A stretch of 64,000 bases of DNA from Acidobacteriota bacterium. Its GTDB lineage: Bacteria > Acidobacteriota > UBA6911 > RPQK01 > JAJDTT01. The stretch spans positions 1,120,001-1,184,000 of the forward strand of contig OZ242374.1 of assembly GCA_965209055.1 (NCBI GenBank). The letters run 5' to 3'. Shown one piece after another: positions 47,401 through 56,406 of the stretch. The position numbers and the translations under genes are program-made. The notes beneath the pieces were generated by a model. It searched no databases and was not told the DNA's origin. It was given only the letters and a program-made list of their open reading frames with translations. The number at the start of each line of letters is the position of its first letter. Positions within the stretch are counted from its first letter, which is position 1.

Positions 47401-50330
47401 CTGTCCGACTCGTTGCAGTACGCCCTGCCGTGAAGCACCTCGATTTCGCTCGACCAAGCCGTGAAATCGGGGCTTCCGGGTATGCAGAGACCTGCGTTCC
47501 TTTCAATCCGGAACTCCTCCAGGTCCATCGCCAAGAGGCTTTCCGGCAGCGGTCCGGTCAGGCGGTTCCAGTCCAGAAACAGGAACCGCAGTCCGGCAGC
47601 CGACCCCAGTTCAGTTGGAACCGGTCCGGTCAGGCGGTTGAGGCGTAGAGACAAGTTCCACAGCTTGGCCAGCGCACCGAGTTCGGGCGGGATCGCATCC
47701 GTCAACTGATTGCGGGAAAGCCACAAATGCTCCAATTCGGCGAGCGAGCCCAATTCCGGCGGGATCGAGCCCGTCAGTCTGTTGCGGTCGAGTCTGAGGG
47801 TATTCAAGTTGGCGAGATCGCCCAGTTGAGGCGGAATCGAACCCACCAGAAAATTGTTCTGGAGCGACAATTGCTCCAGTTTGGCGAGAGCGCCCATGCC
47901 TGGCGGGACGGGACCGGTGAGGGCGTTGTCGCTCAGGTCGAGGGTCCTCAAGTTTGAAAGTGAATTCAGCTTCACCGGAATCGGGCCGGTGAGGAAGTTG
48001 CTCTGCAGGCTGAAAGACGTCGCCTCGGCCAGTGAACCGAGTTCGGGCGGGATCGGCCCCGTCAGGTTGTTTCCATTCAGACCGAGGCTCGTCAGGTTGC
48101 CGAGGGACCCCAGTCCCGGTGGTATCCGCCCGGAGAGGTGATTGTCGTTGAGACTGAGAAGTTCCAGGTTGGCGAGCGAACCCAGGCCGGACGGGATCGG
48201 CCCCGTCAGGGCATTTCCCCCGAGCTCCAGGGTTTCCAATCTGACGAGGGACCCCAGTTGAGGCGGGATCGGCCCGGTCAACTCATTGTTCCCGAGCGCG
48301 AGAGACGTCAGGTTGACGAGCGAACCCAGTTCCGCCGGGACCGGTCCCGTCAGGGCATTGCCGCTGAGATCGAGGGTCGTCAGGTGAGTCAGGGCGCCCA
48401 GTTCCGGCGGGAACTCGCCCGCCAGCCCATTGTCCCTGAGGACCAACCGGGTGACGCGCCCCCCGGCATCGACATCCACCCCGTGCCATTCCCCGAGCGG
48501 ACGGCCGGTCCCCCAGTTCCCGCTGTCGGTCCACCCGGACCCGCCGGCGAACTCGTAGAGCGCCGTCAACGCGGCCTGCTCGGAAACCACCACCCCCACC
48601 GTGACCGACGCCGTCTGCGTCCGTCCGACGGCGTCGCGCACGGTGATCCGATACGTCGTCGTGGCCCGCGGCGACACCGGCCGCGATCCCGACGCCGGCA
48701 CCGCACCGATGTCCGGCGTGATCTCCGCACCCACCGCGTTCGTCGAAGACCAGGTCAACGTGGCGCTCTCACCCCAATCGATGGAACCCGGCGAAACCGA
48801 CAGCTTCACCGTCGGGGGAGGCGCCACGCCTCCGCTGGCCCCGTCTCCGTCCATGACCCGCACCGCCGGCACCGACGAGAGCGAATGGCTCGTCTTTCCG
48901 AACCGCAGTCCCAGTGGAGCGAATTGCGAATCGTCCTCGCTTCGAAGGAACAGCAGACCCCGAAAGTCCGCCAGGAACCCCGTATCCACTCCTTCCGCGC
49001 CGAGCCATTCCGGGAGCGTTCGCGCCAGTTGCCGAAAGTTTCCGTGGTTGATGAACACCCCCTCCAACGGGTCGTTCCCCTCTTCATCCCGAACCCGTAG
49101 CTCCACGGTCGAAGCGGCGTCCGGTTTGAAGATGGCCACTCCGGCGCCGATCGCCGGCGACTCCTCCACGAACAGGGCGAACTGGCTTCCCAGCTCCACC
49201 GGTTGCACGCTCACCTCAACACCCGTCCCGGCCTGCCGGTAGGTCAACAACCCGCTGACCGCCGCCGACTCGGACTCCACCTCGATCCAGCCCCGCCGGA
49301 TCGCCCCGGCGCCGGCGCTCTTCAGCACCCGGCTGCCCAACGACGGAATCAGGAACGCCGGTTCCACATCGAACAGATCCCGGACCGGCCGGCCCTCCTC
49401 GTCGAAGACTTCCACGATCACCGACGCAGAGGCTTCCGCGGCGATGTTGCTGAGCGCCAACTGCACCGACCAGCCGCTTCCGTCCACGTAGTCCGGAAAG
49501 TAAAGGGTCGTCTCCGTCGGTTCCTGCGCCTCGTCCCGGATCGCCGGCACCGACGAGAGTGATTGGTTCCGCTTTCCGAACCGCAGCCCCAGCGGAGCAA
49601 ATCTCGACTCGTCCTCGCCACTCAGGAACAAAAGACCCCGGAAGTCCCTCAGGGATTCCCGGTCGATCCCCTCCACGTCGAACCATTCGGGCAGCGTGCG
49701 CGCCAACTGGTGAAAGTTCCCGTGGGACACGATCCCCCCGTCCAGCGGGTTGTTCCCCTCTTCGTCCCGGACCCGGAACTGGATGCTCGACGACGCCTCC
49801 GGTTTGAAGACCGCCACTCCCGCTCCGACTTCGTCCGTCTCCTCCACGAACAGCGCGAAACGCCCGCCCAGCCCGGCCGGCTCCACGCTCACCTCGATCC
49901 CCGTCGTTCCCTCCTTGTAGGTCAACAGTCCGCTGACCGAGTCCGCACGGGCGCGGACCTGGATCCAGCCGCGCCGAATCTCCCCCGCGCCCGAGCTCCT
50001 CAAAACCCAGCTGCCCAAGGCGGGAATCTCGAAAGTCAAACCCGACTCGAACAGATCCGGTACGGGCCGGCCCTCCTCGTCGTAGACCTCAACCACAACC
50101 TCGGCTCCCGCATCCGGATCGACATTGCTGAGCGCCAACTGCACCGACCATCCGCCACCGTCCACATAGTCGGGAAAGTAGAGAACCGTCTCCTCCGCTT
50201 CCTGATTCTGATTCCGGATCGTCTCCCGGACTTGGAGTTGGGCCTTCTCCGGCCCCTCGGCAGGCGACTGACTCGAAAACGAGGCCGCTAAAAACAAAAA
50301 GGCAAACAACGGAACCAAAATCTTCCTCAT
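44496..50330 (-). CDS. Large secreted protein: two N-terminal repeat domains, LRR blocks and a zinc metallopeptidase (M66-like) domain
   Basis: Two LYFPDYVDG.GWSVQLALSN domains, many LxLxxNxLTGxIPxELG repeats, HELGHNLSLAH zincin motif. Confidence 0.85.
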   Translation of the reverse strand: MRKILVPLFAFLFLAASFSSQSPAEGPEKAQLQVRETIRNQNQEAEETVLYFPDYVDGGGWSVQLALSNVDPDAGAEVVVEVYDEEGRPVPDLFESGLTFEIPALGSWVLRSSGAGEIRRGWIQVRARADSVSGLLTYKEGTTGIEVSVEPAGLGGRFALFVEETDEVGAGVAVFKPEASSSIQFRVRDEEGNNPLDGGIVSHGNFHQLARTLPEWFDVEGIDRESLRDFRGLLFLSGEDESRFAPLGLRFGKRNQSLSSVPAIRDEAQEPTETTLYFPDYVDGSGWSVQLALSNIAAEASASVIVEVFDEEGRPVRDLFDVEPAFLIPSLGSRVLKSAGAGAIRRGWIEVESESAAVSGLLTYRQAGTGVEVSVQPVELGSQFALFVEESPAIGAGVAIFKPDAASTVELRVRDEEGNDPLEGVFINHGNFRQLARTLPEWLGAEGVDTGFLADFRGLLFLRSEDDSQFAPLGLRFGKTSHSLSSVPAVRVMDGDGASGGVAPPPTVKLSVSPGSIDWGESATLTWSSTNAVGAEITPDIGAVPASGSRPVSPRATTTYRITVRDAVGRTQTASVTVGVVVSEQAALTALYEFAGGSGWTDSGNWGTGRPLGEWHGVDVDAGGRVTRLVLRDNGLAGEFPPELGALTHLTTLDLSGNALTGPVPAELGSLVNLTSLALGNNELTGPIPPQLGSLVRLETLELGGNALTGPIPSGLGSLANLELLSLNDNHLSGRIPPGLGSLGNLTSLGLNGNNLTGPIPPELGSLAEATSFSLQSNFLTGPIPVKLNSLSNLRTLDLSDNALTGPVPPGMGALAKLEQLSLQNNFLVGSIPPQLGDLANLNTLRLDRNRLTGSIPPELGSLAELEHLWLSRNQLTDAIPPELGALAKLWNLSLRLNRLTGPVPTELGSAAGLRFLFLDWNRLTGPLPESLLAMDLEEFRIERNAGLCIPGSPDFTAWSSEIEVLHGRAYCNESDRAVLEAFFEITGGPDWTNSDGWRGEGTLGEWHGVSVDSQGRVTALDLAGNGLEGRVPGNLGSLRQMTELRIGGNALSGRLPMSLSSLTSLQDFHYADTDLCVPAGESFRAWMSGIPSHEGTGTDCPPPSDREILSVLFDATGGPHWTERDNWMTDRPLEEWRRVGVDDDGRVVTLYLSNNNLTGTIPVELVSLTRLTDLNLGYNALTGPIPPELGSLAELIHLNLNYNRLTGPIPPELGALSNLETSRLFGNMLTGGIPAELGSLANLTDLNLDGNGLTGSIPPELGSLTNLRNLWIRGNSLSGPIPPELGALANLESLWLRANGLTGTIPAVLGSLASLKTLDLAWNDLTGSIPPELGALENLEGLWFEGNALTGAVPPELGRLTRLEFLRMQDNELTGAVPPEFGGLESLRSIVLSNNGGMTGALPARLTDLGRLEELLAHGANLCAPSDAGFQDWLSGVWKRRIGICGAGDPPDVILTQAVQSREFPVPLVAGEEALLRVFVEPDRGTGSDLPPVRATFYRNGTMTHVVDIPGKPVPIPGEFYKGDLNASANVLVPGSVVQPGLEMVIDVDPEGTPGPDAGVTKRIPESGRLAVDVRTMPVFDLTVIPFLWDENPDSSIVELAEGMARDPGGHPLLKETRALLPIKELDVKAHAPVSTSTNDPVSLFGETAIIHAMEGAGGYYMGTIGGEFTGGLAGLGQRPGLISFSIPHPVIMAHELGHNLSLAHAPCGAPAALDPAFPQMDGSIGDWGYDLIEPGRVFPPVWPDLMAYCRTEAQWIGAYHFTNALRYRLYAAGSAEGSALVAAPAKSLLLWGGVGSDGTPYLEPAFVVDAPARLPRSGGEYEITGKDGDGEELFSLSFAMPELADGDGRSSFAFVLPVRAGWAGELAGITLSGPGGSARLDEETDRPVSILRDPRTGEIRGIFRGPAAGDGSGVDAVSALAVEPGMEVLTSRGIPAEEDWSR

Positions 50331-50676
50331 TTCAATACTCTCGACATCAAGACTCTCCCCTGGGAGTATCCATGTTGCAAGGGGTGGGTTCTCATCGGTG
50401 ATTCCATCCCGGGTCGTTAGTCAGTGAGGTGTCCGGTTTCCTGTTGGCATGTGATCTGTCCGGTTCACTGGGCGCGGATACGCCCTGGGGAGCCTCGGGT
50501 CAAGCCTACGGCTCCTCCGCTTCGCTGCGGCCCTTCGGGTGACCCGACGCTCCCCAGGGCGTGAAGAGCTTTCAAGGCCGTAAGCAAGCTTCCGGCCAGG
50601 CCTGACCGGAAGTTCTACAGATCATTCCTCGGGGGACCCGTCACGCCCCCTTTCCTCCTCATCTCGCTCCGTCGCT

Positions 50677-51624
50677 TCAGCAGACCACACGGGGCGCTTC
50701 GGGCAACCAGGTGCGGTCCTGACTCACCAGGGTGTTGGCTAGGACGATGAGCTTGCGCATGACGGCGACCAGGGCCACCTTGCCGGGCTTGCCACGCCCG
50801 GTCAGTCTCCCATAGACCTCGGCCAGGTCGCGGTTCCAGCGCAGGGCGGCCACCGCCGGCATGTACAGGAGCCGTCGCGCCCGCGCTCGTCCGCCCCGGA
50901 TGAAGGCCCGTCCCTGCCAAGCCCCCGACTCGCGAGGAACGGCGGCCAACCCGGCCAGACTGGCGACGGCCTTACCGCTCAGGGTGCCCAGCTCCGGCAT
51001 CTCGGCCAGTAGACCCGCGGCGGTGGTGGCCGCGATCCCGGGAATGGAGGTCAGGATCTCCCACTTGCGCGCCCGCTCCGGATCGGCCGCGATCAGTTGC
51101 TGTATTTTTCGGTCAATGGCCTTCGCCTGGCGCTCGAACAGGTTGATCTGGGTCTGGTTCTGCCGCTTGGGCAGGGGATCGCGCAAATGGGCGCGGCGGT
51201 TCAGCGCGGCCGTGCGCTGGCGCATCAGCGCGTCCCGGCACCCCTGCAGTTCCTGGAGCCGGCGTTGCGTCTTGGACGGCGCCGGGGTCCGGCGCGGATC
51301 CAGGCTGGCCCCCATCTGGGCCAGCATCCGGGCGTCTACGGTGTCGGTCTTCGCGCGGCTCCCGGTCGCCTGAGCAAAACACCGGGCCTGCCAGGGATTC
51401 ACTCTCGACAGCGGCAGCTTCGCTTTCCACAGCGCTTCCTCGAGGTTCCGGTGATAGGGGCCGGTGGCCTCGTAGGCGACGCACTCGACCGGAGTTCCGA
51501 TCCAATCGATCAGCGCCCGGAAGCCGGCCGGGTCATTGTCGAACCGGGCGGATCGGCCGTCGGCCAGCCGGTGGGCGTCCAGGTGCGCTTTCGAGATGTC
51601 GATGCCTACGGTATGCTGTTTCAT
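50677..51624 (-). CDS. IS110 DEDD recombinase/transposase
   Basis: GIDISK, YEATG, KTDTVD, SIPGI and RESG motifs. Confidence 0.95.
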   Translation of the reverse strand: MKQHTVGIDISKAHLDAHRLADGRSARFDNDPAGFRALIDWIGTPVECVAYEATGPYHRNLEEALWKAKLPLSRVNPWQARCFAQATGSRAKTDTVDARMLAQMGASLDPRRTPAPSKTQRRLQELQGCRDALMRQRTAALNRRAHLRDPLPKRQNQTQINLFERQAKAIDRKIQQLIAADPERARKWEILTSIPGIAATTAAGLLAEMPELGTLSGKAVASLAGLAAVPRESGAWQGRAFIRGGRARARRLLYMPAVAALRWNRDLAEVYGRLTGRGKPGKVALVAVMRKLIVLANTLVSQDRTWLPEAPRVVC

Positions 51625-51726
51625 CTTTCCGGTCTCCTATGCTTGTCATTCGGGCCTTGATGCCCTCGTATCCATTCAGGACATCGGGAAAGACGGTGGC
51701 CGACCTTACTCCACATCCGGATCTAA

Positions 51727-52915
51727 GGAAGGTCTGATTAAGTCGAGTCAGCGTTCTGCACGATAATTCTTCCATCATCACTGCATGGAGGATAGATGAT
51801 GTCGCAACGAACGTTCGCAGATCTGGAATACGACGGCAAGAAGCGGGTGACCCGTCGGGAGAGATTTCTGGCCCGGATGGACCGGTTGATTCCATGGGAG
51901 CAGTTGGAAGCCCGGATTCGGCCCGTTTACCCGAAAGCGGGACGGGGACGGCGTCCCTACCCGCTCTCGACGATGCTTCGGATCCACTGCGTGCAGCTGT
52001 TTTACAACCTGAGCGATCCGGGGATGGAGGATCTGCTCTATGAGGTGGAGTCGGTGCGGCGGTTCGTGGGCCTGAAGCTCACGGGGCCGCTGCCGGACGA
52101 GACGACGATTCTGAAATTCCGTCATCGGCTGGAGGAGCATGGTCTGGGGGAGGCGCTGTTCGAGGAGATCGGTTCTCACCTGCAGCGGCAAGGCCTGCGG
52201 CTGAGCCGGGGGACGATCGTGGACGCGAGTATCCTGGCGGCGCCTTCCTCGACCAAGAACAGGGAGGGGGCGCGGGACCCGGAGATGCATCAGACGAAGA
52301 AGGGAAAACAGTGGTATTTCGGAATGAAGGCCCACCTGGGGGTGGACGCCCAGACGGGGGTGGCGCACACGGTGGTGACGGCGCCGGCTAACGAGCATGA
52401 CGTGACGCGAGCCGGTGAGTTGCTGCACGGCTCGGAGTCTCAAGTTTGGGGGGATTCGGGATACCAGGGAGTGGGAAAGCGGTCGGAGAATCGAGATCGG
52501 CCGGTGGATTGGCAGGTGATGATGAAGCCGGGGAAGCGTTGGCGGCTGCCACCGGAGAGTGAGGCGGCGTTGGCCGAGCGGCGCAAAGCGTCGGTTCGGG
52601 CCAAGGCAGAACATGTATTCGGGTACCTGAAACGGCATTTCGGCTACGCGAAGGTGCGCTACCGGGGGCTGGCGAAAAACACCCAACGGATCTATTTGCT
52701 GGTGGGGTTCGCCAATCTGATGATCGCCGAGCGCTCTGGCGTGAACGCCTGATCCGGGCGCGGGAGAGGTGCGTCGAGATTCGGGGAATCAGTCTGAGAA
52801 TGGGGGCACCCAGAGCCTTGCCAGGGTGGTACTCCTCATAATGAAGGTTTGGACACCGCAAAGCCGAAACAATAACGGCTCTCACGTCCCTTGAATCGAC
52901 TTGTTCAGACCTTCC
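51727..52915 (+). mobile_element. IS5-family element (copy 2)
   Basis: Same TIRs and length (1189 bp) as copy 1, identical protein; CTAA target duplication. Confidence 0.95.
51796..52752 (+). CDS. IS5-family DDE transposase
   Basis: Identical protein to 25127-26083. Confidence 0.95.
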   Translation: MMSQRTFADLEYDGKKRVTRRERFLARMDRLIPWEQLEARIRPVYPKAGRGRRPYPLSTMLRIHCVQLFYNLSDPGMEDLLYEVESVRRFVGLKLTGPLPDETTILKFRHRLEEHGLGEALFEEIGSHLQRQGLRLSRGTIVDASILAAPSSTKNREGARDPEMHQTKKGKQWYFGMKAHLGVDAQTGVAHTVVTAPANEHDVTRAGELLHGSESQVWGDSGYQGVGKRSENRDRPVDWQVMMKPGKRWRLPPESEAALAERRKASVRAKAEHVFGYLKRHFGYAKVRYRGLAKNTQRIYLLVGFANLMIAERSGVNA

Positions 52916-53323
52916 CTAACGGTCAGCGGCGACACGGTCCAGCCACCGCCGCCCGGGCCGCTCATGAGCGGCCCGGGCGGACTTATTTAAACAGACAAGC
53001 GGCGACTTTCCTGTCGCCAGGGGAGCGAAGCGACCCCATCCCGCCAATTTTTCCGTCGCCGACCGCGAGAGTCCGCGAGGGAACATTCCAACCCCTCCTC
53101 TTCAACACCGCCCCCGCTCCCAACATTTTTCTTCGTTACTTTTTCTTCTTCCCCGTTATGGAATGGGTAGAGTTCACGAAACCAGCTCATGACGACCGCG
53201 ACGAGAGGCTCGACCGCGAACACCCCTGAACCCTTTCCGCATTCCGTCGTCCGGTCTCCGGAACTCCGAAGAGGTTCCCCGCCGGGACAGGAACCGATAT
53301 AATTCCAACTCTGGGAAAAACAG

Positions 53324-53611
53324 ATGACCCTTGAACTTCTCCAGTGGATTTCCCCTGCCGTCATCATCGGCGTCATGCTCTACCTGCATCGCCTCAACCG
53401 CCAGGACATCAAAGGACTGCGCGGCGAAATCACGGATCTCCGAAACCATGTGGATACCGATATCGGGAATCTCCGCAGCCACGTGGATACCGGCCTCGCC
53501 GATCTCCAAAACCGCATGGGCCGGCTCGAAGAACGCATGGCCCGCTTCGAGGGCACGCTCGACGTCCTCCGCCAATTCCTGGTCCGCAACAACCGCGGCA
53601 CCGCCGCCTGA
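53324..53611 (+). CDS. Small TM plus coiled-coil protein
   Basis: TM helix and 11-aa repeats (DLRNHVDTDIG/NLRSHVDTGLA). Confidence 0.7.
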   Translation: MTLELLQWISPAVIIGVMLYLHRLNRQDIKGLRGEITDLRNHVDTDIGNLRSHVDTGLADLQNRMGRLEERMARFEGTLDVLRQFLVRNNRGTAA

Positions 53612-53919
53612 TCTCCCCCAAGAGCGAAAGGAGCGGCGGTATCCTTACCGCCGACCGCATCCCTGCATCCCCCCGAGCTCTGCTGCCGTACGACCGCCAG
53701 TCCTCCTCCGCATACCGGCCAATGACACCGGCATCTTCCCGAGCGCTTCGCCGGAAGTTGCCTTGGAAATGACCGGCTGGAGGATTGGCTCGCCAACCTC
53801 ACGGCAATCTCTCCTCCGGCCGGGAACGGAAACACCGCCCTCACGGGACCCCGAGTCCGTGAAATCCAATCCCCAAACCCTCCACGGTTGGGTCACGCCC
53901 CTTTTTCTCTTTCCGTCTC

Positions 53920-53948
53920 TTGACATTGCCTCGCGATTGCCTCAAACT
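53920..53948 (+). promoter_or_regulatory. Sigma70-type promoter candidate
   Basis: TTGACA-N17-CAAACT, about 410 nt upstream of ATG 54361. Confidence 0.5.
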
Positions 53949-54360
53949 TCCTCGTCACTGTTCAAAAACGGCAGCGCGGAACCGGGAGAGTCCGTGTCGC
54001 CGACGCAGTGTAACGCAACTTTTCGAAAGGGACAGCATCTTTCTTAACCGTCACTGTCGGAAAGGCGCCTGATTCGGCGTCTTTCGTGTGGCTTGTGCTC
54101 ATGGAGAAGTTGAGAACGCGTTTCAAGCCATCGCCATGCCGGTCGGACGAAACACGCAACTATTCGGAAAGGGCGGCATCTTTCCTAATCGACACTGTTG
54201 GAGACGAGGGGCTTTGGTGATCGAATTTTGTTTTGTGCGTCAAGAGGGAACCAGCGGTTTGGTTCCGTCCTTCCCGGAGGAGGAGTCTCGGGACATTCTC
54301 CACTCCGGGGAATTTCTGTTTTCAGGGGATTTGTAAACTTATTCGAAGGAGGACTTTCCA

Positions 54361-56109
54361 ATGAAAGGATGGTTGAAACTACTGGTTCTGGCCGCTGTGC
54401 CAGTCCTCGCGGTCACTATGGTCGCGAATCCGGCGCTCGCCGCCGACAAGGGGTCGCAGTTGATCTTCCAGAGCAACATGGCCCATCAGAGCTTCATTTC
54501 CGTGATCAACGCCAACGATAGCCGCGCGGTTACGGTACTGGTTCAGTACTACAACGACGAGATGACGAGGGTTGCCTGGTATTTGAGAGTGATCCCCGCC
54601 GACACGAACCTTCTGGTCGACCCTTTCAACCACGCGATTCCGGGCACGGCAAAGCAGGATGATGACGGTGAGGACATCGCGGGGTCGGAAACGAACATAA
54701 GTGAGGTTCTTGGCTCCCTGCCCGCAATGACCAACGATGATGACGGCCCCGGAATCAATACCGGCCATTTTGTGATCGCTGTCACCGCAGTTGGCGCCAA
54801 TACGGTGGACGACCCAGACACCACTGACTCCGAAGCCAACACTGCGGCTACGGTGAACATCCTTTTCCCGACTTTCCTGGCTGCGGATCTGCATGGGACG
54901 GACAACATCGACAATGGCGGCGCACTTAGCCTCGACGGCATGGGTCTCGACCCCACCGAGTTCGAAGCCACCGAGGCGGTGCCGGATGACAATACCACCA
55001 AGAACGTCGGAGACTTGAGCATCAGCAACGCTCAGCCCGTCGCATTCAACCACCTGACGGGGCATTTCACGGAGGCGCTGACCTCCACCGGCGCGGGTGG
55101 CGCCGATCAGACCGCATCCTGGGGTGGCACACCGGTAGTCCGGCCGGCTGTCACCAATACGGCCAACGCGGCGACCATAAGCGCCGACTACACGACCCTG
55201 AACGGCCTGAACCACGTCGATGGTACTGCGTCGGGTCGTCTGGCCGAAAAGGACGCCGGTGGGACGGAGGTGAATGCGCTACCGGACACCTTTATGGTTT
55301 CCGGCTATACGAACCAGGGCGGCAATATGAGCGACGCCGGCGGCAAAATCCAAAATGGCGACCGCGACCACAGGGCCCTCACCGGCGGTGCTTTCGTGCT
55401 CCCCGCTCTTCACGGTGGCGGAGAGATGGCCCAGCAGATCATGCTGTTGATGTCCGTATCGGAAAATTGGGGCGATCCGGGCAGCTACGAATTGGTCCCC
55501 GCCATGACGGGAATCAATGTCCTCCTCATGGATGGCCAGGGCGACCCCTTGGATAGCGTAGCGATCAGCGATCCCAACGCAGGTGTAGTCGGCGGTGGCG
55601 GGACAGATCCTGCGGCGGATTCTGCGACCACCAGTATCATCGTCAAGGGCATCCAGGTCATGACCGATGCCGATCTTTCCAAGTGTACTGGCACCGCAAT
55701 CTCCGGGCCTTGGAGTCTTGCCAGTCTGACGAGCCTCATTCCCGAGGCGACTGCAGGCGGAGACAAGTTTGCGGGTCTGGATGCCGAGCTTGATCCGATG
55801 ATGAACCTCTCGCCGGGCTGGATAAAGTTTGCGCGCAGCAACTTGAGTTGCGAGGTGAGTTATGGAGACGGCGATGCTGCGGCTACTGAGACATTCGAAA
55901 CTCCTGACGGTGTTCCTCCGGTAGACGACCGGACCTATACCGGCGGTACGCTGATCGTGGAGGAGCAATCCGCTGCCACGCGTACATTCGTCACCACGGG
56001 TCGAGCCTTGTTGAAGTTCATCACGTCGGATTCGACTTTCGCGGCCTCATGGACCCTGAAGTCTCCTGTGGCCGACACGACGGGCGAAGACGGCGACGCC
56101 TCCAACTAG
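54361..56109 (+). CDS. Secreted acidic Thr/Gly/Ala/Asp-rich protein, candidate major surface protein
   Basis: Signal peptide (PALA), AGGAGG RBS, own terminator; paralogous to the C-terminal half of 2177-5725. Confidence 0.85.
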   Translation: MKGWLKLLVLAAVPVLAVTMVANPALAADKGSQLIFQSNMAHQSFISVINANDSRAVTVLVQYYNDEMTRVAWYLRVIPADTNLLVDPFNHAIPGTAKQDDDGEDIAGSETNISEVLGSLPAMTNDDDGPGINTGHFVIAVTAVGANTVDDPDTTDSEANTAATVNILFPTFLAADLHGTDNIDNGGALSLDGMGLDPTEFEATEAVPDDNTTKNVGDLSISNAQPVAFNHLTGHFTEALTSTGAGGADQTASWGGTPVVRPAVTNTANAATISADYTTLNGLNHVDGTASGRLAEKDAGGTEVNALPDTFMVSGYTNQGGNMSDAGGKIQNGDRDHRALTGGAFVLPALHGGGEMAQQIMLLMSVSENWGDPGSYELVPAMTGINVLLMDGQGDPLDSVAISDPNAGVVGGGGTDPAADSATTSIIVKGIQVMTDADLSKCTGTAISGPWSLASLTSLIPEATAGGDKFAGLDAELDPMMNLSPGWIKFARSNLSCEVSYGDGDAAATETFETPDGVPPVDDRTYTGGTLIVEEQSAATRTFVTTGRALLKFITSDSTFAASWTLKSPVADTTGEDGDASN

Positions 56110-56176
56110 GCCAGGTTTTCTCATCTGAGGACCATCTCTCCACCAACGAGAGGCGGTCGACGGAGCGAGACGAACC

Positions 56177-56214
56177 AGGGGGGAGCCCATACCGGGCTCC
56201 CCCCTTTCTTTTTT
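56177..56214 (+). terminator. Rho-independent terminator
   Basis: GGGGGGAGCCC-ATACC-GGGCTCCCCCC followed by TTTCTTTTTT. Confidence 0.85.
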
Positions 56215-56406
56215 CACCATCCAACCTTGCCGGCTTTCGGCTCATAACCTCAGACTGAATTGCGACCCTTCTGAATTTGCGTCATCTTTCCCAACTAGCG
56301 TTGGCGTGGAGCGGCGGTTTCCAACCGCCGAACTCCGGCCGGAGCATGGGGAAACTCGGCGTCGGCAAGACGATCGTTTTCGACCTGCAATCAGGAGTTC
56401 TGTGGA

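Larger units (their letters stand above)
51625..52997 (-). ncRNA. IS110 bridge RNA, split by IS5 into ~52916-52997 and 51625-51722
   Basis: Two stem-loops whose internal loops match the target (GTCGCCGCT, GGAG) and the donor (ATGGATAC, GACAAG). Confidence 0.75.
50365..52999 (-). mobile_element. IS110-family element inserted in a REP; interrupted by IS5
   Basis: AG/CT cores at 50365-50366 and 52998-52999; removing the element restores GGAGCGGCGACTTTCCTGTCGCC. Confidence 0.85.

Noticed and set aside
50681-52996. CAGAC direct repeat as the IS110 boundary
   Set aside because: The AG/CT cores at 50365 and 52998 restore a perfect REP and match the bridge RNA guides; CAGAC does neither.
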